64,000 nt of DNA from Clostridiales bacterium (GCA_022775085.1 JALFJQ010000002.1:7681-71680), one strand, 5' to 3'; counted from the first letter of the stretch, positions 9,810-18,622 are shown. Made by a program: numbers and translations. The notes: generated by a model from the sequence alone, not told the origin.

Positions 9810-10202
9810 ATGAAAAACCAATATTTATTCGCGCTCTGGGGCGCTTTGTTTATTCTGTGCGCCGGTCTGGGCTTTATCCCGGAACCTGCCGGCGCTCTTA
9901 GGATTTTACTCACCGGGCTGTCTGCTCTTTTCTTTTTACCGCCGGCTGTGCTGGTCTGGAAGGGACACCGGGAACGGAACCGCCGCCAGCTGGCTCTGGT
10001 ACGGGACCTGAGCATCGTGTCACTGAGCCTGAGCGTTTTGCTGCTGATTGCCAATTTTCTCAGCGCGTTCCACTCGGAATTGCTGGGAAACATCCTCCAC
10101 GGAGTGCTGGTGGTGGTGTCAAGCCCCATGATCTGCAGCGGTCACTGGGCGCTGAGCCTGTTTCTGTGGGCCTGCCTGCTGATCGGCAGCCTGAAAAGAT
10201 AA
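9810..10202 (+). CDS. hypothetical small membrane protein (about 4 TM)
   Basis: 130-aa hydrophobic ORF with a GGGAGG RBS. It is followed immediately by a strong hairpin. Confidence 0.55.
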   Translation: MKNQYLFALWGALFILCAGLGFIPEPAGALRILLTGLSALFFLPPAVLVWKGHRERNRRQLALVRDLSIVSLSLSVLLLIANFLSAFHSELLGNILHGVLVVVSSPMICSGHWALSLFLWACLLIGSLKR

Positions 10203-10205
10203 AAT

Positions 10206-10256
10206 GCTGTCATAGCGAACCGACACGCGCACCGGTTCGCTATGACAGCTCTTTTT
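10206..10256. terminator. bidirectional rho-independent terminator (17-bp stem)
   Basis: gctgtcatagcgaaccg-acacgcgcac-cggttcgctatgacagc is followed by tcttttt. It sits between convergent genes. The stem sequence resembles the arms of MITE-like family B. Confidence 0.7.
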
Positions 10257-11700
10257 ACATAGACCCCTCCCGGCGGAGAACCACCAGAACGGTTTGCAGC
10301 AGGATCCGCAGGTCCAGACCCATGCTCCACTCCTGAATGTACTTCTTGTCCAGCGCCACCACCTGCTCAAAATCGGTGATCTTGCTTCTGCCGCTGACCT
10401 GCCACATTCCAGTGATGCCGGGCTTGGTGGCCAGCCTTGCCCGGTGGTGCAGCTCGTATTTATCCCACTCGTCCACCGTAGGGGGCCGGGTGCCCACCAA
10501 CGACAGGTCGCCCTTGAGGACATTCCAGAACTGGGGGAATTCATCCAGGCTCCAGTCCCGGATGAAGTTGCCGATGCCCTTCTTGACAGTGCCGTTGGGC
10601 AGTTTTTTGCTGCCAATGATCCGGGGATCAAAGTCCAGCTTAAACATCAGGCCGCCGCCCACCCGGTTTTGTGCCATCAGCTCGGCTTTCCGGGCCTCGG
10701 CATCCAGATACATGGAGCGGAATTTGTACATCTTAAACAGCTTGCCGTTTTTGCCCACCCGGGTCTGGGCGAAGAAAATAGGGCCGGGGGACTGGATGTA
10801 AATCAGAGGGCCGATGAAGATGGTCAGCACCGCAGTAATGAGACACCCCACCAGGCCGCCCACAATGTCCATGCAGCGCTTGAGCAGCAGCTGCACCGGC
10901 GTAGCCATGTTCATGCCGATGGTGAGCACGGTCCGTCCGGCGATCTTCTCCACTTCCTGACGGTTCCAGCCCAGATCGGCAAAGCCCTCCATTTCCATGT
11001 GAACCACGATGCCCATTTCCGCCAGTTTTCCAATCAGGTCGGCAGGCGGCTGATCCTCCGCAGGGAAGGAGAGCACCACCTCGTCCACCCATTCCCGGCA
11101 CAGGAACCGCAGAACGTTGCCAGCGCAGCTGGTGACAGGAACTCCCAGAATTTCGGTGCCGATCTCGTCCGCGTCCATTAGGCACAGACCGCTGATCCGG
11201 TACTGACTGACCTCCCGGGTCTGGTATCGCTCCACCACCCCGGCAGCCCGATTCTTTGTGGTGATGATGTAAATGGCAGTCTTATTTTTGTCCGGTGTCC
11301 GCTTCAGGAAGCTTTTCCAAAGCTGCCGTGCCGCATAAGCCATCACAAAGTAGTAGCAACCAAAGTAGCCGATCACCAGCCGGGAGTAGGTTTCGCTGTC
11401 CTTGACCAGGAACAGATACATCATGCACAGCAGCAGCACCAGAATCACGTGCTTCGCCGTCACGGCCAGCTCCTTGTAATACCCCCGGTACATAACGCCC
11501 CGGGTGGTCCCGCCGATAATCATGACCGCGAAATCCAGCAGCAGCAGGATCAGCGCCAGACTGACATAGATTTCCTTGTTTTGCAGATGAATGCCGTATC
11601 TGGTCAGATAGGCCAGTGAAAATGCCACCAGCAGGCAGACCAGGTCGATCACGATGAAGTCCAGGTGCTTCATCCAATCCTGTGTTTTTTCCCGATACAT
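10255..11700 (-). CDS. WbaP/EpsL-type polyprenyl-phosphate glycosyl-1-phosphate transferase (priming sugar transferase)
   Basis: N-terminal TM bundle plus a C-terminal bacterial sugar transferase domain (PIFFAQTRVGKNGKLFKMYKFRSM, DEFPQFWNVLKGDLSLVGTRP). Confidence 0.9.
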   Translation of the reverse strand: MYREKTQDWMKHLDFIVIDLVCLLVAFSLAYLTRYGIHLQNKEIYVSLALILLLLDFAVMIIGGTTRGVMYRGYYKELAVTAKHVILVLLLCMMYLFLVKDSETYSRLVIGYFGCYYFVMAYAARQLWKSFLKRTPDKNKTAIYIITTKNRAAGVVERYQTREVSQYRISGLCLMDADEIGTEILGVPVTSCAGNVLRFLCREWVDEVVLSFPAEDQPPADLIGKLAEMGIVVHMEMEGFADLGWNRQEVEKIAGRTVLTIGMNMATPVQLLLKRCMDIVGGLVGCLITAVLTIFIGPLIYIQSPGPIFFAQTRVGKNGKLFKMYKFRSMYLDAEARKAELMAQNRVGGGLMFKLDFDPRIIGSKKLPNGTVKKGIGNFIRDWSLDEFPQFWNVLKGDLSLVGTRPPTVDEWDKYELHHRARLATKPGITGMWQVSGRSKITDFEQVVALDKKYIQEWSMGLDLRILLQTVLVVLRREGSM

Positions 11701-11701
11701 A

Positions 11702-13054
11702 TTATCTCTCTCCTTCCCGGGTCCGCCAAGCGTTCATATAGCCGAGGCACATCATGAAAACAAAGTCGTAAAAATAATAGGTAATCCCGTCCGCGAACAA
11801 ATAAGGCTCCAGCATCGCGCAGACCAGCAGACTCAGCATCAGCATGGCGATGCAGCTTTCCCAAAGATTCCTGTTGTACCACAAGATTGCAGCCACATTC
11901 CACACCGCCAGAACAGTCAGCACCAGCGCCAATATCAGCCCAGCTATGCCTCTCCTGCACCAGACCTCCATCCAGGAATTGTGGGCGTGGGCCGCGGGAG
12001 TACTCCGCCCCCCCTGCTGGATCACCAAATCCACGTACTCTGTTCCTACCGTGCGCAGCTGGCTGTCATCCCGCATACGGCTCAGAATTGCCTGCCAGAT
12101 ACGTGTTCTTCCATTCAGGGTCCCCATGTTCTGTTTCAGCGTTCCCTGACGGCTGCCGGTCTTCAGCTTTCCGTTCCCGTCCAGCTGGGGCGTATCCTCG
12201 TCCATGATGCCTGTGCGCTGCGCCTGAACCGCAAGCCCTATACGATAGTCCACGTTGGAACGGAAAATCACCTGCGATGCGCCAAACAGAACCACCACAA
12301 CGGCGATTCCCGCCAGTGCTGCCAGCGCCAGCCGCTGCCAGCCGGGTCGACGCAGGGCGCAGAATACTATGCCACCCAGCATCAAGCAGGTAATCATGAT
12401 GGCTGTTCGCCCATTGGTCAGTGACATCAGAGCAAATTGCAGTGCCGCCAACACAAGGAGCAGCCCCCTGAGCCAGCGTTTTTTGCTGCGGATGCAAAAT
12501 CCGACGCAGAACGCGATCCCAATCATCAGCAGCGCGGCACACTGGTTGGGGTGACCCATGGCACAAAATCTGGCACCGTCCCATGTAACGTAGTTTTTCA
12601 AGAATGTCGGCAGCTTTCCCAACATCAGCATGGCCCCATACAGCAAAATCAGCACACCGCCGCCGACGGCTGTCATGCCAGTCAGCCGCAGACCGTACTG
12701 CTTCCCGGAATCCGCGCTGACAGTACAGAAGGGCAGCGCCAGCGCGTATACACAGGCCACCGTACCTACTTCCGCCTTGTTCATTCCCATGGTCTGATGA
12801 ATGATCTGAACCACGATATACCAGGCGATCACCGCGCCGCCCAACAACAGCATCATCTTTGTCTGCCGGGTCTGTCTGCTGCAAAGGGCGGTCCCCAGAA
12901 AGATCATGGCAGGGATCGCCATATACTGTTCCAGAATGTACCACACGATCCCACCTTTTCTATCCTCAAACAGAAGGAGCAGGACCTCCATCAGCAGTAC
13001 AGCGATCAGGCAGGCATACTGGACACGTCTGCCTTTATCACTCAGTAAATTCAT
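11702..13054 (-). CDS. O-antigen ligase / Wzy_C-family membrane protein, paralogue 1
   Basis: 450-aa polytopic protein with an HAHNSWMEVW motif and a large loop. Its stop lies 1 nt from the transferase start. Confidence 0.8.
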   Translation of the reverse strand: MNLLSDKGRRVQYACLIAVLLMEVLLLLFEDRKGGIVWYILEQYMAIPAMIFLGTALCSRQTRQTKMMLLLGGAVIAWYIVVQIIHQTMGMNKAEVGTVACVYALALPFCTVSADSGKQYGLRLTGMTAVGGGVLILLYGAMLMLGKLPTFLKNYVTWDGARFCAMGHPNQCAALLMIGIAFCVGFCIRSKKRWLRGLLLVLAALQFALMSLTNGRTAIMITCLMLGGIVFCALRRPGWQRLALAALAGIAVVVVLFGASQVIFRSNVDYRIGLAVQAQRTGIMDEDTPQLDGNGKLKTGSRQGTLKQNMGTLNGRTRIWQAILSRMRDDSQLRTVGTEYVDLVIQQGGRSTPAAHAHNSWMEVWCRRGIAGLILALVLTVLAVWNVAAILWYNRNLWESCIAMLMLSLLVCAMLEPYLFADGITYYFYDFVFMMCLGYMNAWRTREGER

Positions 13055-14402
13055 ACCTTCCCCTTTCCCCTATCCGCCACTGGTTCATATAGCCGAGGCA
13101 CAGTAGGAACAGAAAATCAAAAAAATGGTATTTTATGTTGACCGTGAACAGATATGGCTCCAAAAAGGCGCAGCCCAGCAGGCCCAGCATGACGACCGCC
13201 ACGCAGGATTTCCACAGGTCGTTATTGCGCCGCAGCAGCACCGCCGCGTTCCACAGAGCCAGCACAGTCAGCACCAGCGCCGAGACAAGCCCCGGCAGGC
13301 CCAGCTGGTAGAGGGCCTCCACCCAGGAATTGTGGGCGTGCAGCGTATCCATCCGCTGCCAGTAGGGGGAAATGGTTTCTCCCACCTTTTCCGTGCCGAT
13401 CAGCAGGATCCGGGGATTTGCCCGGAGGCCCTCCGCGGCGGCTGCCCAGATCTCCGTGCGCCCGTTCAGGGTCCGCAGATCGTTGGACATACTGCCCTGA
13501 CCGTTCTCCGTTTTCAGGGTTCCCTGGTCATTGAGCCGGACCTCGCCGGTCGTCTGCTGCCGGGCCTGCTCGGTCAGCCGGGCCTTGTTGCCGGCAAAAA
13601 TCGTCCGGGAAACGGCAAACAGGCTTACGGTAACCAAGATCGCCGCCAGCACCGCCGCAGCGGTCCGTTTCCAGCCCGGTTTTTTGAGAGCAAAAAACGT
13701 GATGGCACCAAACTGCACGCAGGCCAGAATCACCATCGTTCTGCTGTTGGTCAGAGACAGCGCCCAAAGCGGGGGCACCGCCAGCAGAAGCAGAGGGATA
13801 CGAAGCCGCCATTGTTTCACGCTCAGTGCAAAGCCCGCCGACAAGCCGGAGCCGACCATCAGCAGCGTAGCACAGATGTTTGGATGGCTCAGGATTCCCA
13901 GCCGCGCGCCGTCCCAATAGACATCGTCTGCCAGAAAATCCGGCAGCCGATCCAGCACCAGCAGAGCCGCGTAAAGGGAAAAGACTATACTGACTGCGGA
14001 AAACAGGGCCGCCATTCCCTTCAGACCCCACTGACGCTCCCCATCCCCGGCTGCTGCCGCGAAAAGGAAGCACAGGGCGTAGCCGCAAACAAAGACGCCG
14101 GGGGTTTTCGCGGTCTGTTCCAGCTGAAGGTGAAGGCTGCGCACCACATAAAACCAGATCACCGTCAGCAGCGCCAGCAGGAGCTGCCGCCTGCCGCGGC
14201 GCAGCCCGCCGCAGCAGAGGGACGCCGCCAGGAACAATATGCTGACATCCACCAGACGCCACTCCAGAAAGGTATAGAGCAGGTTGTCTGCCGGGTGCCC
14301 CGGCAGGAAATACAAAATCTCCACGCACAGAACCGCCAGCAGGCACAGATACTGCACGGCCCGTGCGGCAGACTGAAGCCGATCTCGATTTATCACACGC
14401 AT
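13038..14402 (-). CDS. O-antigen ligase / Wzy_C-family membrane protein, paralogue 2
   Basis: 454 aa with HAHNSWVEALYQLGLPG. It overlaps paralogue 1 by 17 nt. The C-terminal LCLGYMNQW tail is shared with the other paralogues. Confidence 0.8.
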   Translation of the reverse strand: MRVINRDRLQSAARAVQYLCLLAVLCVEILYFLPGHPADNLLYTFLEWRLVDVSILFLAASLCCGGLRRGRRQLLLALLTVIWFYVVRSLHLQLEQTAKTPGVFVCGYALCFLFAAAAGDGERQWGLKGMAALFSAVSIVFSLYAALLVLDRLPDFLADDVYWDGARLGILSHPNICATLLMVGSGLSAGFALSVKQWRLRIPLLLLAVPPLWALSLTNSRTMVILACVQFGAITFFALKKPGWKRTAAAVLAAILVTVSLFAVSRTIFAGNKARLTEQARQQTTGEVRLNDQGTLKTENGQGSMSNDLRTLNGRTEIWAAAAEGLRANPRILLIGTEKVGETISPYWQRMDTLHAHNSWVEALYQLGLPGLVSALVLTVLALWNAAVLLRRNNDLWKSCVAVVMLGLLGCAFLEPYLFTVNIKYHFFDFLFLLCLGYMNQWRIGERGRYEFTE

Positions 14403-14403
14403 A

Positions 14404-15786
14404 TTATGCCGCCTTCCCGCCGCGCCACAGATTCAGGTAGCCCAGGCACAGTAAGAACAGAAAATCCAAATAGTGGTAGCTGACATCCACCACGAACAGG
14501 TACGGCTCCAGCAGAGCGCAGCCCAGCAGGCACAGGGTCAGCAGCGCCACACCGCATTTCCACAGATCCCGGCTCCGCCATAGCACGTCCGCCGCGCTCC
14601 ACACCGCCAGCGCAGTGAGCGCCAACGCCGCCGCCAGTCCCGGCAGGCCCATGCGGTACAGGGCTTCCAGCCAGGAGTTATGGGTGTGGTAAAGGACAGC
14701 GGGGCTGTACCGGGTCATGATCATCTCCACATACTCGGTGCCGATCAGCAGGATCCGTGGATTTTCCCGCAGGCCGTGCAGGGCGGTCTGCCAGATGGTG
14801 GTGCGCCCGTTCAGGGTTTTCAGATCCTCGCCGAAGCTGCTTTGCTGGTTGACCACCTCCATGACCGGCGGTTCGCTTTCCGCCTGCATCAGCTGGATGG
14901 GTTCCGTGGATACCTGCCGCATGGTGAAAGCCTCCATCAGCCGGTTTTGATTCCACTGGTACAGGCCCCGGGAGACGACAAACAGACTGCCCATGACCAG
15001 CACCGCTGCCGCCAGTGCGGCAGCCAGCCGTTTCCAGCCGGGCCCCCGCAGTGCGCAGAAGGTCAGACCGCCCAGCAGGAGGCAGGTGAAAATAATGGTG
15101 GTCCGTCCATTGGTCAGGGACATGGCCGCAAATTCCGCCGCGCACAGGATCGCCAGCAGGATTTTGACCCAGCTCTTCCGGCAGGAAAGCGCCAGCGCCG
15201 CCGACAGGCCGATGCTGATCATCAGCAGCGTGGCGCAGATGTTGGCGTGACCCATAGCAGAGAAGCGGACGCCGTCCCAGTATACATAACTTTTCAATCC
15301 TTCCGGCACCCGGTTTAACAGCAGCATCCCCGCGTAAACCAAAATCAGCACACCCACCGCCAGGAACAGGCCGGTCATCATTTTCAGTCCCCGCTGGCGT
15401 TTTCCGTCCCGGGTGGCCGACGCAAAGGGGAAGCACAGGGCGTAGGCGCAGACGAAGGTGCCCGTCTCCTTGGCAGAGGATTCCAGCACCTGATGCAGGG
15501 TCTGAATGACGAAAAACAACCCCACCATCGCCAGTCCCGCATACAGCTGCCGCTTTTCCTGTCGGTTCAGATCCCGGCAGAACGACGCACCCGCAAAGGC
15601 CAACGCCGGCAGCGCCAGATACCGCTCCGCGTACAGATAGGCGATGCCGCCGGCACGGTCCTCCAGCAGGAAAAAGGCAAGCTCCATCAGGATCATCGCC
15701 AGCAGGCTGACAAACTGCACCCGCTGTGCCCGATCCTCCGGGGAAAGGGCCCCGCGTTCGGTTCTGAATTTCCACATAAATTTCAT
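14404..15786 (-). CDS. O-antigen ligase / Wzy_C-family membrane protein, paralogue 3
   Basis: HTHNSWLEALYRMGLPG motif. The start at 15786 (MKFMWKF) was chosen for a GGAGG RBS; the ORF track extends it to 15822. The stop lies 1 nt from the paralogue 2 start. Confidence 0.8.
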   Translation of the reverse strand: MKFMWKFRTERGALSPEDRAQRVQFVSLLAMILMELAFFLLEDRAGGIAYLYAERYLALPALAFAGASFCRDLNRQEKRQLYAGLAMVGLFFVIQTLHQVLESSAKETGTFVCAYALCFPFASATRDGKRQRGLKMMTGLFLAVGVLILVYAGMLLLNRVPEGLKSYVYWDGVRFSAMGHANICATLLMISIGLSAALALSCRKSWVKILLAILCAAEFAAMSLTNGRTTIIFTCLLLGGLTFCALRGPGWKRLAAALAAAVLVMGSLFVVSRGLYQWNQNRLMEAFTMRQVSTEPIQLMQAESEPPVMEVVNQQSSFGEDLKTLNGRTTIWQTALHGLRENPRILLIGTEYVEMIMTRYSPAVLYHTHNSWLEALYRMGLPGLAAALALTALAVWSAADVLWRSRDLWKCGVALLTLCLLGCALLEPYLFVVDVSYHYLDFLFLLCLGYLNLWRGGKAA

Positions 15787-15918
15787 AGTTGCCTCCTGCC
15801 TGAAACCGATGCTGCCGGCCAAAAGGGCAGACTCTCAGCTTTTTCTGACATCATACCACAGCCGGTATCTTTTTGCAACCACATCCCTTTTCCGCAGGGC
15901 ATTGGAAACGGGCACGGC

Positions 15919-15953
15919 AAAAAAGGAGGGAACCACGTTCGTGATTCCCTCCT
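15919..15953 (-). terminator. rho-independent terminator of the perR-rbr-rd-orf109 operon
   Basis: The plus strand reads aaaaaa-ggagggaa-ccacgttcgtga-ttccctcc. On the minus strand this is a hairpin followed by a T6 run, 55 nt after the orf109 stop. Confidence 0.55.
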
Positions 15954-16008
15954 TCAACAGGGTCGGTTCTTTTTTCCGGGAGCAGAATCCGCTCCCTTCC
16001 GGGGTTCC

Positions 16009-16338
16009 TTAGTCCAGGATCTCCATCAGTCTGCCGCAGCAGAAGGGGATGGGCTCACCGGCCTTGACATGCAGGGTCTTGTTGCAGGTGACGCAGTACA
16101 CATCGGTGTCATAGGGAGCACGGATAACAGGTACTTCCTTGGCCTCCTGCTCGGACAGGCCGTCGATATGGAACACGGCGGTCTTGTTTTCGCTGGGGAC
16201 ATACACGCCGATGGGAGACAGGGTCTTGTTCCCGCCGACGCAGTTGCCCATCTTCACCCACAGGGCTTCCAGTTCAGCAGCTTCCGCAGCGTGCTCGGGA
16301 GTGAACTCCACAACATCCTTATTGATACGAATTTTCAT
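16009..16338 (-). CDS. hypothetical 109-aa protein with C-terminal CxxC...CC motif, co-transcribed with rubredoxin
   Basis: A GAGGAG RBS lies inside the rubredoxin 3-prime end, with a 5-nt gap. Codon usage resembles the neighbours. The sequence contains YCVTCNKTL...PFCCG. I recognise no family. Confidence 0.6.
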   Translation of the reverse strand: MKIRINKDVVEFTPEHAAEAAELEALWVKMGNCVGGNKTLSPIGVYVPSENKTAVFHIDGLSEQEAKEVPVIRAPYDTDVYCVTCNKTLHVKAGEPIPFCCGRLMEILD

Positions 16339-16343
16339 GGCAA

Positions 16344-16478
16344 TTACTCCTCAGGGCTGAATTCGTCCTTGCCCACGCCGCACAGCTCACAGGCGAAATC
16401 CTCGGGCAGATCTTCCCACTTGACGCCGGCCTCGTCCTCATCATAGACCCAGCCGCAGACATTGCAAACGTACTTCAT
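16344..16478 (-). CDS. rubredoxin
   Basis: [44 protein letters not shown] has two CxxCG knuckles. The ORF track extends the frame upstream to 16580. Confidence 0.9.
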   Translation of the reverse strand: MKYVCNVCGWVYDEDEAGVKWEDLPEDFACELCGVGKDEFSPEE

Positions 16479-16524
16479 AGTGATTTGCTCCTTTTCTGGT
16501 AGAATCAGGTAAATTTTCTGCTTC

Positions 16525-16554
16525 GCAGATGGCGGGTCAGTAACCCGCCCCTGC
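16525..16554. repeat. REP-like palindromic element (family A) between rubrerythrin and rubredoxin
   Basis: gcagatggcgggtcagtaacccgcccctgc. Confidence 0.55.
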
Positions 16555-16640
16555 GGACAATGCATCGAATCGGGTGACACCCAACGGTGTTGGACTACAG
16601 AAATGTCGCAGTCACGCCATTGCCTGCGGCGGCTCGCCGC

Positions 16641-17231
16641 TTACTTGAAATAGCGCTCCAGCAGGCCCTTCAGAGCCTTGCCGTGACGGGCCTCGTCACG
16701 AGCCATCTCGTGAACGGTGTCGTGGATGGCGTCCAGGCCGTTCTTCTTGGCGCACTTGGCCAGATCGAACTTGCCGGCGGTGGCGCCGAACTCGCAGTCA
16801 ACACGCCATGCCAGGTTGTCCTTGGTGGTAGCCTTCATGTTGGGCTCCAGATCCTCGCCCAGCAGCTCAGCGAACTTAGCGGCGTGCTCAGCCTCCTCGT
16901 AGGCAGCCTTCTCCCAGTACAGGCCGATCTCGGGGTAGCCCTCGCGGTGAGCAATCCGGGCCATGCACAGGTACATACCGACCTCGCTGCACTCGCCGTT
17001 GAAGTTGGCCATCAGCTGCTCGAAGATGAACTTCTTGTCCTCGTCGGAGATGTCGGGGTTGTTCTTCACGGTCTTGGCGTAGATGCCGTACTCATGCTCA
17101 GCGGCCAGCTTGCCCTCTTCCATGACCTTGAACTTGGAGCCGTCGACCTTGCAGACGGGGCACTTGAAGCCTTCGGGGATGGACTCGCCTTCGTAGACGT
17201 AGCCGCAGACGGGGCAGACAAACTTCTTCAT
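16641..17231 (-). CDS. reverse rubrerythrin (N-terminal rubredoxin-like domain + ferritin-like diiron domain)
   Basis: [15 protein letters not shown]...KCPVC at the N-terminus is followed by EExxH motifs ([18 protein letters not shown]). The start at 17231 has a GGAGGA RBS. Confidence 0.9.
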   Translation of the reverse strand: MKKFVCPVCGYVYEGESIPEGFKCPVCKVDGSKFKVMEEGKLAAEHEYGIYAKTVKNNPDISDEDKKFIFEQLMANFNGECSEVGMYLCMARIAHREGYPEIGLYWEKAAYEEAEHAAKFAELLGEDLEPNMKATTKDNLAWRVDCEFGATAGKFDLAKCAKKNGLDAIHDTVHEMARDEARHGKALKGLLERYFK

Positions 17232-17270
17232 AATAAATTCCTCCAATTTGATAAATTTTTCGGGTTTTAC

Positions 17271-17660
17271 TTACTTATTTGCGCATTTTCCGCACAGGCC
17301 GGTGAAGGTCAGGCGGCAGTTCTGAATACGGCAGCCGGAAACTTCTTCCGCTTCCGCGCTCAGGCTTTCGGGAATCTCCATCTGCGGCAGGTCCACGATC
17401 TCGTCGCAGCCGGTGCAGATGAAGTGCACATGGGGATGGGTCATTGCGTCGAATCGCTCAACGCCGTGGACGGTGGCAACGCTATTCACCAAGCCCTGAC
17501 TTTTGAACCGGGCCAGGTTGCGGTACACCGTCGCCAGAGAGATGTCCGGATGCTCCTTTTGCAGCATTTCGTACACCATTTCCGCCGACGGGTGGGTGGT
17601 GGCCCCTTGCAGGCAGGCGAGGATGGCGTTGCGCTTTCTGAACTGCTTCGCAGCTTCCAT
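17271..17660 (-). CDS. perR: Fur-family peroxide-responsive repressor (PerR-like)
   Basis: HPSAEMVYEMLQKEHPDISLATVYRNL is the DNA-binding helix. HFICTGCDEI and GLCGKC provide the two CxxC pairs. The gene sits upstream of rubrerythrin. The start at 17660 has a GGAGGTG RBS. Confidence 0.8.
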   Translation of the reverse strand: MEAAKQFRKRNAILACLQGATTHPSAEMVYEMLQKEHPDISLATVYRNLARFKSQGLVNSVATVHGVERFDAMTHPHVHFICTGCDEIVDLPQMEIPESLSAEAEEVSGCRIQNCRLTFTGLCGKCANK

Positions 17661-17678
17661 AGACACCTCCTGTCCTAT

Positions 17679-17701
17679 TTGCAAGTGATTCTTACTTACA
17701 A
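17679..17701. promoter_or_regulatory. candidate operator (imperfect inverted repeat) at the perR transcription start region
   Basis: ttgcaagt-gattctt-acttacaa has 7 of 8 complementary arm positions. It lies between the predicted -10 and the RBS. Confidence 0.3.
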
Positions 17702-17705
17702 GCTA

Positions 17706-17734
17706 AGTATATCATTTGGATTTTCTGATGTCAA
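17706..17734 (-). promoter_or_regulatory. candidate sigma-A promoter of the perR operon
   Basis: On the minus strand there is TTGACA (17734..17729), a 17-nt spacer and TATACT (17711..17706). Confidence 0.55.
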
Positions 17735-17785
17735 GAATTAAATGAGAATAATTTGCAAATAAATTTTGAACAGTACGGTATCCCT

Positions 17786-17927
17786 GTCATTGCGAACCAG
17801 CGCGCACGCTGGTGTGGTGACCGAAGGGAATGCCTGCGGTGCAATCCGTTCCCTTCAAGACGTTGCCCATTTGTACACGCAGCCAATGGAGAACGGATTG
17901 CCACGTCGCCGCACTCCTCGCAATGAC
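17786..17927. mobile_element. MITE-like inverted-repeat element, family B (142 bp)
   Basis: The ends are gtcattgcgaaccag... and ...cctcgcaatgac. It is homologous along its length to 19133..19253 (shared ctggtgtgg, caagaYgttg, gagaacggatt). No coding capacity is evident. Confidence 0.6.
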
Positions 17928-17947
17928 ATCAAGCGACAGGAGGCAAG

Positions 17948-18142
17948 TTACACCGCCGCTTCCTTGATGACCGCCACGCCGTCTACGAGGTTCGCCATTT
18001 CCAGGGTTCCCTCCACAGCCATCTGGCGCTCCATCAGGTCGGTTAGGATGACCATGCCGTCCTTGCACTCGATGCGCATGACGTTCTTCATCATCACCAT
18101 TTCAGGGGCCAGTTTATTCTTGTATACGGTAGAAAGGCACAT
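17948..18142 (-). CDS. CooT-family nickel-binding protein
   Basis: 64 aa starting MCLSTVYKNK, with the N-terminal Met-Cys2 typical of CooT. Size and beta-rich pattern fit, and an AAGGAG RBS is present. It lies 13 nt downstream of the His-rich gene. Confidence 0.7.
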   Translation of the reverse strand: MCLSTVYKNKLAPEMVMMKNVMRIECKDGMVILTDLMERQMAVEGTLEMANLVDGVAVIKEAAV

Positions 18143-18155
18143 AGAAATTCTCCTT

Positions 18156-18593
18156 TTATTCGTGCTCCATGCTGGTGAGCACCACGCTCAGACGCATATT
18201 GCCCTTCTCGAAGTCAGACACGGCGGCCATGACCTGCTCATAGGCGGTGTGGTCTCCGGTCTGGTCCAGCTTTGCGGCCAGATCGGCCAACTCCTTGGCG
18301 TGGGCGGCGTTGTGGCCCACCATATACTTCATCAGGGCCATCAGCTCTTCCTTGGGGGTGTGCTCGCACTGGGTCTGGCAGCTTCCGCAGGCGCCTTCGC
18401 AGCCGTGGCTGTGGGTGTGCTCCGCGCCGCTTTCGTGGATGTGGTCGTGGGTATGAGGATGGGCATGTTCATGGGTGTGCTCGTGGACGTGCTCATGGGT
18501 ATGGGTCACACCGTCGTGGGTGTGCTCGTGGGTATGGGCGTGCTCATGGGAATGCTCATGGGGAACGCCGGTATGATCGTGATCAACGTGCAT
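18156..18593 (-). CDS. histidine-rich metal-binding protein (hypothetical)
   Basis: The N-terminal 60 aa are about 40 percent His (HVDHDHTGVPHEHSHEHAHTHEHTHDGVTHTHEHVHEHTHEHAHPHTHDHIH). A Cys cluster CEGACGSCQTQC follows, then a helical C-terminal domain. An AGGAGG RBS is present. Confidence 0.7.
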   Translation of the reverse strand: MHVDHDHTGVPHEHSHEHAHTHEHTHDGVTHTHEHVHEHTHEHAHPHTHDHIHESGAEHTHSHGCEGACGSCQTQCEHTPKEELMALMKYMVGHNAAHAKELADLAAKLDQTGDHTAYEQVMAAVSDFEKGNMRLSVVLTSMEHE

Positions 18594-18622
18594 AGGATAA
18601 GTCCTCCTTTTGGTTTTTCTAT

